From the NCBI GenBank assembly GCA_964373065.1, contig CAYJSJ010000004.1:1-57052 (forward strand): a stretch of DNA of 57,052 bases. Reading direction: 5' to 3'. A program made the position numbers and the translations under genes. Below, piece by piece: positions 10,698 through 20,040 of this stretch (positions are counted from its first letter, which is position 1; each line of letters begins with the position of its first letter). The notes beneath the pieces are model-generated. The model searched no databases, was not told where the DNA came from, and saw nothing but the letters and a program-made list of their open reading frames with translations. Origin of the DNA: an uncultured Candidatus Peribacteria bacterium. GTDB lineage: Bacteria > Patescibacteriota > Gracilibacteria > Peribacterales > Peribacteraceae.

Positions 10698-12503
10698 ATG
10701 CGCCCCTCCCCCGTCACCAAAGGCAACATCGATACGTTTCTTACGGAATATCATGACGCCGGTCTTGTGCGGTTATTAACGTGCGGCAGCGTGGATGACG
10801 GCAAGAGCACGCTGATCGGAAGACTTCTGATCGATGCAGCCGTGCTGCCGGGAGACACGCTGAAAGCGCTGGAAGAGGATTCAAAAACGCACGGAACACA
10901 GAACGGTGCGCTGGATCCGGCGCTCCTCACCGACGGACTCAAGGCCGAACGCGAGCAGGGGATCACCATCGACGTGGCCTATCGGTTTTTCTCCACACGC
11001 GAAAGATCTTTCATCATCGCAGATACTCCCGGACACGAGCAGTACACCAGAAACATGGTAACGGCAGCCTCCACGGCGGATATGGCGCTCATTCTTTTGG
11101 ATGCGCGTAACGGTGTTCTTCCCCAGAGCAAGCGTCATGCATTCATCGCGTCGCTCCTCGGCATACGACACGCTGTCGTCGCCATCAATAAGATGGATCT
11201 GGTTGGGTACGACAAAGGAGTATTCGAAACAATCAAAAACGATTTCCTCGCATTCGCTGAACGGCTGGAAATCACCGATCTCCACTTTGTGCCGCTCTCC
11301 GCGCTCCTTGGCGATAACGTCGTAGACCAAAGCGACCATATGCCATGGTACGAAGGCGGTACGTTGCTCCATCTTTTACATACCGTACACATCGCTTCCG
11401 ATCGCAATATGATTGATTTCCGATTTCCGGTGCAGTACGTCAGCCGTCCGGATGCGAAGTATCGCGGCTATAGCGGGACGATTGCGTCGGGATTCGTTCG
11501 TCCCGGCGATCCGGTGGTCGTATTCCCCAGCCACAAGCTTACGAACGTGCGGAGTATCGACACGTTTGAGGGATCGCAGGACAAAGCATTTGCTCCCATG
11601 GCCGTTACGCTCACCTTGGAAGATGACATCGATATCAGCCGCGGCAACATGATCGTTCCTGTCAATAACGTTCCCGAACAGCGAAAAGCATTTGATGCGA
11701 TGATCGTGTGGATGGATGAGCAGGCAATGGAAACGAAAACAAACTACCTTCTCAAGCACACATCGCACATGACGATGGCACAGGTTTCTTGCGTACGGTA
11801 CGCAATGGACATACATACTTTAAGCAGGAAAAACCAGAAAACGCTCGCGCTCAACGAAATCGGGAGGTGCTTACTAACGGTGGATGACTCCCTTGCTGCA
11901 GACAGCTACCGCAGGAATCGCGCTACGGGTGCATTCATCCTCATCCATCCCTCCACTCATCATACAGTCGCAGCAGGTATGGTGCTCGATCGCCGTACAG
12001 ATGACCAATCGGATGCGGAAGATCCAGCCACGTTGGCGCACTTTCCCATTTTTTGGCTTACCGGCAATACGGGTGCCGGTAAATCCACGTTGGCACACGC
12101 TGCAGAGCGGCACTTCAACCGGAGCAGTCCTGCGTGGAGTGCTGCGGCACGGAGGCTTATCGTCCTCGACGGCGACGAGATGCGTGCGTCAATTTCGACC
12201 GAAGACGATCTCTCTCCACAGGGACGCAAAGCGCATAATCTTCGCGTTGCGCGGCTCGCGAAACTTTTGCAGAGCAAAGGATTTCTCGTGATTGTATCCG
12301 TGATTGCTCCGTTTGAGAGTGTTCGCAAAGAGATCATGAAGGTCTGCAGCCCGCTCTGGGTATATGTGAAGCGATCCGGTCTTGTATCCGAGGAACGTCC
12401 GTACGAGGAACCGGAGAACCCCGATTACATCATCGATCACAATCAATCAGATGCGAACGCCGCGTCACAGGCGCTCATTGATTTCATCGTGAGTCGGTTG
12501 TGA
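10698..12503 (+). CDS. cysNC: Bifunctional sulfate adenylyltransferase subunit 1 / adenylylsulfate (APS) kinase
   Basis: 601 aa. GTPase motifs: GSVDDGKST, DTPGHEQY, NKMD. The C-terminal APS kinase has the P-loop LTGNTGAGKSTLA. Confidence 0.93.
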   Translation: MRPSPVTKGNIDTFLTEYHDAGLVRLLTCGSVDDGKSTLIGRLLIDAAVLPGDTLKALEEDSKTHGTQNGALDPALLTDGLKAEREQGITIDVAYRFFSTRERSFIIADTPGHEQYTRNMVTAASTADMALILLDARNGVLPQSKRHAFIASLLGIRHAVVAINKMDLVGYDKGVFETIKNDFLAFAERLEITDLHFVPLSALLGDNVVDQSDHMPWYEGGTLLHLLHTVHIASDRNMIDFRFPVQYVSRPDAKYRGYSGTIASGFVRPGDPVVVFPSHKLTNVRSIDTFEGSQDKAFAPMAVTLTLEDDIDISRGNMIVPVNNVPEQRKAFDAMIVWMDEQAMETKTNYLLKHTSHMTMAQVSCVRYAMDIHTLSRKNQKTLALNEIGRCLLTVDDSLAADSYRRNRATGAFILIHPSTHHTVAAGMVLDRRTDDQSDAEDPATLAHFPIFWLTGNTGAGKSTLAHAAERHFNRSSPAWSAAARRLIVLDGDEMRASISTEDDLSPQGRKAHNLRVARLAKLLQSKGFLVIVSVIAPFESVRKEIMKVCSPLWVYVKRSGLVSEERPYEEPENPDYIIDHNQSDANAASQALIDFIVSRL

Positions 12504-12510
12504 TGAAACT

Positions 12511-13593
12511 TCACTCTAAAAATTCATATTGCAGCGGTGTTCCGCGTCTTATGTCCTGCTTTGCTTTTTTGCCGAGAACATTCGGCAGTTCTTTCGGTGG
12601 CATGCCGTTCCCCGGACGGATGGAGCGGACATTGTTCGTTGTAAATACTTCTCCTTTACGGATATTTTCTACCACAAAGAGCGATCTCCGGAACGGGACG
12701 CAGGATTTTTCATGTTCCGTATGCGTGTAGGAGACTTCGCCAAGCACGATGGGGTCCACGTTCACCGCATCGGGGTTGCTCTCTGCTTTTCGTACTGCCT
12801 CCGCCATTTCTTTGAATTCGTTCGGCTCGAGCGAGAAAGCGGAATCGATGCCCTTTTCGTTACGGGACATGCAGAAATGCTTCTCGATGACACATGCACC
12901 GAGGGAAACTGCCGCGACGGGGACACAAAAGCCAAGCGTGTGATCGGAGAGGCCGACAGGGACGCCGAATCTCGTGCGCATATCTGGAATCGTTTTCAGA
13001 TTCGCTTCTTTCGGGAGCGCAGGGTAAGCGCTGGTGCACTTAAGTAAGATCAACTGATCATTGTCTGCCAGACGCACGGTTTCGACGGCAGCAGCGATCT
13101 CTTTTCTGCTTCCCATTCCCGTCGATATGATGATCGGTTTGCCCTTCCGCGCGATATGTTCAATCAAGGGGGTATCGACAAGCTCGAATGATGCGATCTT
13201 GTACGCGGGGACACCCATCTCTTCCAAAAAGTCCGTTGCCGTCGGGTTGAACGGTGTCGAGAAGAGATCCATGCCGAGATCGTTTGCAATCTTCTTGAGT
13301 TTTGGGTGCCATTCCCATGGTGTGGCGGCTTCTTCGTAGAGTTCGTAGAGTGTTTTGCCGCCCCAGAGCGTATCGCCGCCGATCGTAAATTCAGGTCGAT
13401 CACTCTCTATCGTCAATGTATCGGCAGTATATGTTTGCAATTTTACTGCATCGGCACCCGATTCTTTCATCGCACGGATAATCTCCACAGCTCTATCGAA
13501 ACTTTGGTTATGGTTCCCGGACATTTCGGCGATGATGTAGGCGGGGCAGCCTTCGCCTATTTTGCGGCCGTTGATGGAGACAGCGCTCTTCAT
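12511..13593 (-). CDS. pseI: NeuB-family nonulosonic-acid synthase, pseudaminic acid synthase-like
   Basis: 360 aa. Motifs: IIAEMSGNHNQS, ADAVKLQTY, GLSDHTLG, IEKHF, DSAFSLEP, plus a C-terminal SAF-like domain. It overlaps the PseG/H gene by 4 nt. Confidence 0.88.
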   Translation of the reverse strand: MKSAVSINGRKIGEGCPAYIIAEMSGNHNQSFDRAVEIIRAMKESGADAVKLQTYTADTLTIESDRPEFTIGGDTLWGGKTLYELYEEAATPWEWHPKLKKIANDLGMDLFSTPFNPTATDFLEEMGVPAYKIASFELVDTPLIEHIARKGKPIIISTGMGSRKEIAAAVETVRLADNDQLILLKCTSAYPALPKEANLKTIPDMRTRFGVPVGLSDHTLGFCVPVAAVSLGACVIEKHFCMSRNEKGIDSAFSLEPNEFKEMAEAVRKAESNPDAVNVDPIVLGEVSYTHTEHEKSCVPFRRSLFVVENIRKGEVFTTNNVRSIRPGNGMPPKELPNVLGKKAKQDIRRGTPLQYEFLE

Positions 13594-15095
13594 GTACGAA
13601 GCGTATCTGTACTCAGCATGTAGTGGAACGAGGCGCGGCCTTTTATGTTTGTCGGTGCTCTTGCCGTAAATCCGGATTTTTCGAAAACAGCGACCGATGC
13701 TTTATTTTCAGGCTTGATGAACGCATCGATCACATTGATCTCGCAATCCGCAAAAGCCGCTCGGCATCCAAGCGTCACGAGTTCCGTCGCGTATTTTTTC
13801 CCTCGCATTGTCGGAGCGATACTCACGGAAATCACGGCATTCTTTCCAGTGCAATCAAACCGCACCTGTCCGACCGGTTCGTCTCTGTCATTGTATGCGA
13901 CAAAGAAGCGATGGTGCACATCGGCCAATTTCGTTCGGAACCACTCCCTGTGATCTTCCCACGGAATCGGATCGGAAGAGAATGATGCCTTTCGTGTTTC
14001 CGGATCGTTCGCCCATTCCCAGATCATTTTGCAATCTTCTTCCCGCGCTGATCGCAAGCGTAAGCGGCTCCCCGTCATGCGCATGAGTACTCTATGTGCC
14101 CCATTTCCATCAATCATCTTCCTACCGCACATACTCATTTGTTCCAGACGATGTGTGTTCGCCAGCAATTGCGTGACTTGCGTCACGATGTTTTGAGTTT
14201 GCAGCGAGTCATACATTCCCAGATTGATCGTAGCTCCGGCAGCTTCCAATCCTTCCGCCACATTGTCTTGATTATGATTCTTTGCGGCGATGATGGTGAG
14301 TGTAGGAATTCCCATGTATGCAAGTTCATAGCAGGTGCTCCCTGCTGCAGAAATTGCCAGATCGTTTCCTGTGATCGTAGCAGGCATATCCTGCACGTCG
14401 GTCTGTATGTCGATGGGAAAAGTTGCTTTCTTCGCCATCGAGAGTACTTCGGATGCATAAGGATTTGCCCCTCCTAGGATGACAGTTATTTCCACAGGAA
14501 TCGCAATGTTCAAGAGTGCTCGCAGTACTACCGGCGTAATATTGTGTGGATCACTTCCGCCGAGCGTCACCAGTATGCGTTTCGTTCCTCTAGACACTGC
14601 ATACTCTTTTCTCTTCCACTCCCGATATTCCCTTCGTAGCATCGTAAATCGCGTACCAAGGAGCAGAGAATCCGCTTCCGTGTTCGTATAGATATTGCCG
14701 CATTGCGGATTCTGATTAAGGAGAATGTCACAAGAGTGCTTCTCGTTACATCGGTGGTCGTCGATGACCAGTAGATTCACACCTTCTTTTTTTAGAGTAT
14801 GCTGATATGCATCATCAAAGCGGTACCCGTCGAGAACGATCCAGGATGCAGCATGGTTTTTTGCCATTGTGGCAGTTTCCAATGCGTCTTCTTTTCCGTA
14901 GGGGTTTTCTTGTAATGGAAGAACTATGCATCGTTCGTTCGTCAGCCGTTTTTCGTATGCGTCGCTGATTGCAGAAGAGAGAAACACAGCCTTTCCTCCG
15001 ATGTCCTCCAGAGCTTGAGCAAGGGCAAGACAACGCATAACGTGTCCTGCACCGATCTCCGGATTTCCATCAACCCGAAACACTACAGTCGGCAT
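13590..15095 (-). CDS. pseG: Fusion: UDP-2,4-diacetamido-2,4,6-trideoxy-hexose hydrolase (PseG-like) + GNAT N-acetyltransferase (PseH-like)
   Basis: 501 aa. N-terminus: FRVDGNPEIGAGHVMRCLALAQAL, with a GT-B-like body. C-terminal ~160 aa: RLRSAREEDCKMIWEWANDP...VGQVRFD, which is GNAT. Confidence 0.85.
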   Translation of the reverse strand: MPTVVFRVDGNPEIGAGHVMRCLALAQALEDIGGKAVFLSSAISDAYEKRLTNERCIVLPLQENPYGKEDALETATMAKNHAASWIVLDGYRFDDAYQHTLKKEGVNLLVIDDHRCNEKHSCDILLNQNPQCGNIYTNTEADSLLLGTRFTMLRREYREWKRKEYAVSRGTKRILVTLGGSDPHNITPVVLRALLNIAIPVEITVILGGANPYASEVLSMAKKATFPIDIQTDVQDMPATITGNDLAISAAGSTCYELAYMGIPTLTIIAAKNHNQDNVAEGLEAAGATINLGMYDSLQTQNIVTQVTQLLANTHRLEQMSMCGRKMIDGNGAHRVLMRMTGSRLRLRSAREEDCKMIWEWANDPETRKASFSSDPIPWEDHREWFRTKLADVHHRFFVAYNDRDEPVGQVRFDCTGKNAVISVSIAPTMRGKKYATELVTLGCRAAFADCEINVIDAFIKPENKASVAVFEKSGFTARAPTNIKGRASFHYMLSTDTLRT

Positions 15096-15104
15096 ACGTT
15101 CATC

Positions 15105-16118
15105 CTAGCATGCCGGAACACTGCTTTCCTCCATCTCCTTCGCTGTTTTCACACCTTTCAAAGCCATCGCCAACGCCTCTGAAGCCTCATGGAGATTGCC
15201 CATAGGTTGCACACCGCTTTTGATACAGGCAAAAAAATGCAGAATTTCATCAAGGTACATCTGATTCATCGCATACGACTGAGGAGCGGGGTACAGCGCT
15301 TCTAGATGGCCGTCCGTACCGGTAACGTGCACAATATTTTCTGTGAAATCCCACCTAATCGATCCTTTTGAGCCGCGGATATCGCATCCGCGTTTGTATT
15401 CGGGATGCATGAAGCTCAAATGCACATGGCAATCGACGCCGCTTTCATGCCGGATCCGGAGGCTTGCTTCACCTTCCACCTCCGGGATACCGATACGGCG
15501 TGCAGGAATTTTCGATGCGCGCTTGAGTGCACCCGGTCCGAAGTACCATAGTGCGAGATCGATTTCGTGAACGCACTCACGAATGGCTCCTCCCTGCGCA
15601 GGATCGGCATTGTAGGTTGCACGGATTCGTTTGAGGTTACCCTTGATGTCTGCTCGTCCGGTGAAATCAAATAACACGCGAACTTCGGCATCTCGCACTG
15701 TGCCGATCACACCGGAATCAAGAAGTTTTTTTACAGTCGAAGGGCCATGATGAAAGCGCATGTTGCAGCCGACCATGCAGATCAAAGATCGTGCATCCAC
15801 TTCTTTCTTCAGTGCATCCACTCCTTCCATCGTATGATTGAGGGGCTTCTCGACAAAAAGCTGTGCACCGGTCTTTGCCGCAGCAAGCGCTTGGTTGACA
15901 TGAAACTTGGTGGGGGAGCAGACGAAGACGGCATCGGGTTTTACTGTTTCCAGCGCTTCGATAAAATCTTCGTAGACGGTGCAAGAGAGTTCTGTTGCGA
16001 GAGTGGAGAGTTTGGAAGCATCAGGATCGGAGACGGCAATGTCCTTCATGCCGATCGCCTGCAGATTCCTAGCGTGCCTTTGGCCGATGGAACCCGCTCC
16101 GGCAATCAAAATCTTCAT
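15105..16118 (-). CDS. Gfo/Idh/MocA-family NAD(P)-dependent oxidoreductase
   Basis: Trimmed to the ATG at 16118 (MKILIAGAGSIGQRHARNL). FVEKP motif. Embedded inside the Pse-like operon. Confidence 0.85.
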   Translation of the reverse strand: MKILIAGAGSIGQRHARNLQAIGMKDIAVSDPDASKLSTLATELSCTVYEDFIEALETVKPDAVFVCSPTKFHVNQALAAAKTGAQLFVEKPLNHTMEGVDALKKEVDARSLICMVGCNMRFHHGPSTVKKLLDSGVIGTVRDAEVRVLFDFTGRADIKGNLKRIRATYNADPAQGGAIRECVHEIDLALWYFGPGALKRASKIPARRIGIPEVEGEASLRIRHESGVDCHVHLSFMHPEYKRGCDIRGSKGSIRWDFTENIVHVTGTDGHLEALYPAPQSYAMNQMYLDEILHFFACIKSGVQPMGNLHEASEALAMALKGVKTAKEMEESSVPAC

Positions 16119-16137
16119 ACCGAAATAGCGTACTAGA

Positions 16138-17322
16138 TCAGCGTAGTGCCGCACAAACTTTCTCCACGGCTTTTATGGTATCTGCTATATCTTCATCCGA
16201 CATTCCCGCAAAGATCGGGAGTGAGAGTATGTGTTCATACGCTTTTTCCGCATGCGGGAACTGCCCCTTCTTCGTGCCAAAATGTTCTTGATAATAGGGG
16301 TGCAGATGCACGGGAATGTAGTGCACGTTGACGCCGATACCTTCCGCGCGGAGCGCGCTGAAGATTTCCGACCGAGAGGCGTGCAGCCCTTCAAACTGCA
16401 CAATGTAGAGGTGATACGCATGCGAGACATCGCTTCGCTTTTTGAGTGGACGCACCGCATCTATCTTCGCAAATGCAGTATCATACTGCGCCGCTATCTC
16501 CTGCCTGCGGGCAGTCCACTGCGGCACATGTTTCAGTTGTGACATACCGAGTGCGCACTGGATGTCTGTAAGGCGATAGTTAAAACCGAGGATGTTCATT
16601 TCATAAAACCATGATCCGGCGTCGTGGCGCTCGCGGTGATCGGAATTGATGCCATGGTTCCTAAACCGGCGCATTTGCTCGGCCATATGCCGGTCATCGG
16701 TCGTAATCATGCCTCCTTCTCCCGTCGCAACCGGTTTCACGGCATGAAAACTGAACGTACTCATGTCGGCGAGCGATCCTACACTCCTGCCTTTCTCGGT
16801 TCCGCCGAGCGCATGGCAGGCGTCTGCGACCAGTGCGAGGCGGTGGCTATCTGCGATGGTTTGCAATGCGTCGTAGTCGGCGGCCTGTCCTGCAAAATCA
16901 ACAGCAAGGATCGCTTTGGTGTGTTTCGTGATCGCCCGCTCCACACCTGTAGGATCTATGAGCAACGTCTCTGGATCTGAGTCCACAAAGACGGGCGATC
17001 CTCCTTGATAGAGGACGACGTTTGCCGTCGCAGCGAAGGTCATGGTGGGGACAATCACTTCGTCACCTTCGCCTATGCCCAGTGCAAATGTTGCCGCATG
17101 GAGTGCAGCTGTGCCGCTACTAACCGCTACCGCCTCCTTCGTACCGACAAACTCCGCAAACGCCTTTTCAAATGCGGCGACGCTCGGTCCGGTTGTCAGC
17201 CAGTCTGTCTTCAGCACTTCCGTTACGGCGGCGATATCCGCCGCATCAATCAGCGGTTTGCCGTAGGGCAGCAGATTTTTTCGCACCGGCGTTCCGCCGT
17301 TGATGGCAAGCGATGCGGGCAT
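16138..17322 (-). CDS. pseC: DegT/DnrJ/EryC1-family PLP aminotransferase, PseC-like (UDP-4-amino-4,6-dideoxy-HexNAc transaminase)
   Basis: 394 aa. Motifs: GTAALHAA, EVIVPTMTFAATAN, FSFHAVKPVATGEGG (PLP lysine). Confidence 0.88.
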   Translation of the reverse strand: MPASLAINGGTPVRKNLLPYGKPLIDAADIAAVTEVLKTDWLTTGPSVAAFEKAFAEFVGTKEAVAVSSGTAALHAATFALGIGEGDEVIVPTMTFAATANVVLYQGGSPVFVDSDPETLLIDPTGVERAITKHTKAILAVDFAGQAADYDALQTIADSHRLALVADACHALGGTEKGRSVGSLADMSTFSFHAVKPVATGEGGMITTDDRHMAEQMRRFRNHGINSDHRERHDAGSWFYEMNILGFNYRLTDIQCALGMSQLKHVPQWTARRQEIAAQYDTAFAKIDAVRPLKKRSDVSHAYHLYIVQFEGLHASRSEIFSALRAEGIGVNVHYIPVHLHPYYQEHFGTKKGQFPHAEKAYEHILSLPIFAGMSDEDIADTIKAVEKVCAALR

Positions 17323-17324
17323 CG

Positions 17325-18314
17325 TCAGAGTTTAAGCTCAGTTGAAACGGATTCTGCAGTTTTTAGGATGCCGGTTTTCAGATCAATGGTCGGATGAAAT
17401 CCAAGAAGTTTTGTTGCCTTGTCTATACAAGGAATGCGCAGATAGATTTCCATCTTGAGAGGATCGCCGTGGATCACCTTGGCACTCGAGCCAAGCAGTT
17501 CTATTACGCGCTCCGCAAGTCCCAGCACCGTCATGGTTTGTAAGGGATTACCGATGTTGAAACTCTCTCCGACCGCTTTCTTGTTTGTCATGCATGCAAG
17601 CAGGCAGTCTACGAAGTCATCGATATAACACCATGCGCGGATGGGCGTGCCGTCACCGTTAATTTTAATATCCTTATTTTGCAGGGCGTTTGCGATGAAC
17701 ATTTTCATGGCGCCGTTCATGGTTTGCCCTGGGCCGTAGACGTTGAATGGACGCACACAGACGATGGGGAGCCCGAACCTCGTGTGGTAGGCATGGGCGA
17801 AGTGTTCGCCGGCGATTTTGCTAATGCCGTATCCCCAGCGCGATTCCCATGGAGCGCCCGAGCGCACGGGATCGGTTTCCGAAACCTTATAGGCCATATC
17901 GCCGAAAATTTCCGATGTGGAAAAGACAATGACTCTTCCTTGTACATCCAGTTCGTGTGCTACCTCCAGCACGTTGCTGGTGCCGATAATGTTTACCTGC
18001 ATAGTTTGTAACTGATCATGCGACACAACATCGACGCCGATGGATGCTGCGGCATGGATCACAGTGTCCGCACCCTTCATGGAAGCCCGGACCATATCCT
18101 TATCGAGGATATCGCCCTTCACGAGCGTGACGTTTTCGAGCGTATCGTATCCGAGGAGACTCAGGCTATTTTTCAGATAGTTGTCGTAGACGATCACTTT
18201 GTGATCCGGCGCCAGTCGCCTTACGATATGCGAACCGATAAAACCGGCGCCGCCGGTGATAAACACAGTACGCATGTTGGCTGCTTTTCTCTTGGAAAAC
18301 GTTTGAGTCATCAT
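17325..18314 (-). CDS. Extended SDR, NAD-dependent sugar-nucleotide epimerase/dehydratase (candidate first enzyme of the Pse-like route)
   Basis: ITGGAGFIGSH, YGISKIAGE (YxxxK), RPFNVYGPGQ. The start may be M14 (18275). It is not the CapD/FlaA1-type PseB by eye. Confidence 0.85.
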   Translation of the reverse strand: MMTQTFSKRKAANMRTVFITGGAGFIGSHIVRRLAPDHKVIVYDNYLKNSLSLLGYDTLENVTLVKGDILDKDMVRASMKGADTVIHAAASIGVDVVSHDQLQTMQVNIIGTSNVLEVAHELDVQGRVIVFSTSEIFGDMAYKVSETDPVRSGAPWESRWGYGISKIAGEHFAHAYHTRFGLPIVCVRPFNVYGPGQTMNGAMKMFIANALQNKDIKINGDGTPIRAWCYIDDFVDCLLACMTNKKAVGESFNIGNPLQTMTVLGLAERVIELLGSSAKVIHGDPLKMEIYLRIPCIDKATKLLGFHPTIDLKTGILKTAESVSTELKL

Positions 18315-18363
18315 AAGCCCATGATACCGTATTGCAAGGATTTATAGGGCTATTTCCGTTTCT

Positions 18364-19629
18364 ATGGAGTATTGCAAACGATGCTGTTATCCGGCAAACG
18401 CTAAACCGACCATCCTTTTCGATGAGCAGGGAATTTGTAGCGGATGCAGATTGCACGAGAGCAGACCGTCGATCGATTGGAAGGAGAAGTGGAGACAATT
18501 CCAAGAAATTCTCAAGGAGTACAGCGCAAAAGCACGGGCCAATGGAAGCGCGTACGATCTCATTATTCCCGTGAGCGGAGGAAAAGACAGCCACTATCAA
18601 ACGCATCTGATCAAAGATCTTGGCTATAACCCTCTCCTCGTCTGTTATAATCACGGGTTCAACACCAAGCGTGGGATCCGCAATCTCACCAACATGCTCC
18701 GACAGTTCAATTTCGACCTCGTCCGTTTTACGTCGAGCCCCGAGGCCGCGCGTGTCATTTCGAAGTTCATGCTCAAAACTGTCGGCGATATAACGTGGCA
18801 TTACCATGCTGGAATTATGACGTTTCCGATCAAGGCGGCAGTTATGTATAAGATTCCGCTTATTCTGTGGGGCGAACACGGACGTTCCGATCGTACGGGT
18901 ATGTATAACCAGAGCGACATGCTGGAGTTCAGTAAGAAAGACAGGCAGGAGCACAGTATGCGGGGTTTCGAGCCGGACGATATTCTTCGGCACCCCAATA
19001 ACACCAAGGTGAAGCCGGAGCACGTGAATCCCTTTTATTACCCGAGTGACGACGAGATCGAGTCCGTGGATGTGCGGGGAATCTACCTTAGTAACTTTAT
19101 CCAGTGGAACGATCGGAAGCAGACAAAAGAAATGATTGAGAAGTACGGATTTGAAACCGCGATGACACGGGAACGCACGTACGTACTGCATTCCAAGCTC
19201 GATGATATCCATGCCAATGGTGCGCACGATTATCTCAAATACCTCAAATTCGGTTATGGCAGAGCAACGGATGATGCGACGATCGACATCCGGCACGGAC
19301 GCATGACACGCGAAGAAGGTATCGCAATGGTCAAGAAGCATGATTGTGTTCGTCCATCAGACCTCGATGTATGGCTTCGGTTCGTCGGTATGACCGAAGA
19401 AGAGTTCCTTGGTCACATCGAGCATCTTCGCGATCCGCTCATGTGGCAGAAGGACAGCAAAGGGCAGTGGTGTGTGAAAGATTCTATTGCCAATCACCTT
19501 AATGATGAGGGTGTGGATTTAGCGCGGGTGACGCAGGTAAAAGACCGCAAGATCATCTGTTCCGCCAATCAGCCTTTCTCTTCCCGGGATGATCACATCC
19601 CCGAGGATACGGAGTATATTTGGTTATGA
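18364..19629 (+). CDS. N-acetyl sugar amidotransferase (WbuX/WbpG/PseA family, PP-loop ATPase)
   Basis: 421 aa. N-terminal CxxC...CxxC (CKRCCYP...CSGC) and PP-loop IIPVSGGKDSHYQ. Confidence 0.88.
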   Translation: MEYCKRCCYPANAKPTILFDEQGICSGCRLHESRPSIDWKEKWRQFQEILKEYSAKARANGSAYDLIIPVSGGKDSHYQTHLIKDLGYNPLLVCYNHGFNTKRGIRNLTNMLRQFNFDLVRFTSSPEAARVISKFMLKTVGDITWHYHAGIMTFPIKAAVMYKIPLILWGEHGRSDRTGMYNQSDMLEFSKKDRQEHSMRGFEPDDILRHPNNTKVKPEHVNPFYYPSDDEIESVDVRGIYLSNFIQWNDRKQTKEMIEKYGFETAMTRERTYVLHSKLDDIHANGAHDYLKYLKFGYGRATDDATIDIRHGRMTREEGIAMVKKHDCVRPSDLDVWLRFVGMTEEEFLGHIEHLRDPLMWQKDSKGQWCVKDSIANHLNDEGVDLARVTQVKDRKIICSANQPFSSRDDHIPEDTEYIWL

Positions 19630-19674
19630 TAGATAATCATGGCTCGGGAAACCGTCATGCAGTACCATTGATCC

Positions 19675-19821
19675 ATGGCTGATTACGAGTCTGTATTACG
19701 TGCTTTTCATAATAAGAAATTGCGGTATCTCACCGTGGGCGGCATCGCCGTTCATTTACACAGGTACGCGCGGTTTACCGATGATACGGCGTGTATTCTG
19801 GAATGTAAACTCCGGTATTAG
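19675..19821 (+). pseudogene. 48-codon remnant resembling the N-terminus of a small nucleotidyltransferase-fold protein
   Basis: MADYESVLRAFHNKKLRYLTVGGIAVHLHRYARFTDD... matches the (L..L....V.Y.viGG.A...HG..R.T.D.D) pattern, then terminates. It sits in an otherwise non-coding 410-nt gap. Confidence 0.3.
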
Positions 19822-20040
19822 CATCACACTTGCTGCAATGATCTTCACAACTTCTTGGGATGTCGGCCGGAAAGACGATTTGTACGCCCGGAGGACTCAT
19901 CAGCCCTTCTTTCATCTCTGGGGTCACAGCTGGAAAATCGAGTGGTATGGCATGCGGGGGCAGTTCGAAAAGTTCCTGAAGTTCGTGCAGAAGCATGGAA
20001 ATGTTCCGTATACTACTAACAGCGCCCCCCTTTCGCTTTT

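Noticed and set aside
9782-12503. CysD/CysNC as part of assimilatory sulfate reduction
   Set aside because: No reductase or transporter genes are nearby, and the pair is embedded among glycan genes with a PAPS sulfotransferase in the same island. Genome-wide confirmation is still required.
18166-19341. 391-aa minus-strand ORF
   Set aside because: It is entirely antisense to the well-supported amidotransferase gene (18364-19629). The translation is R/H/V-rich with no motifs, so it is a shadow ORF.
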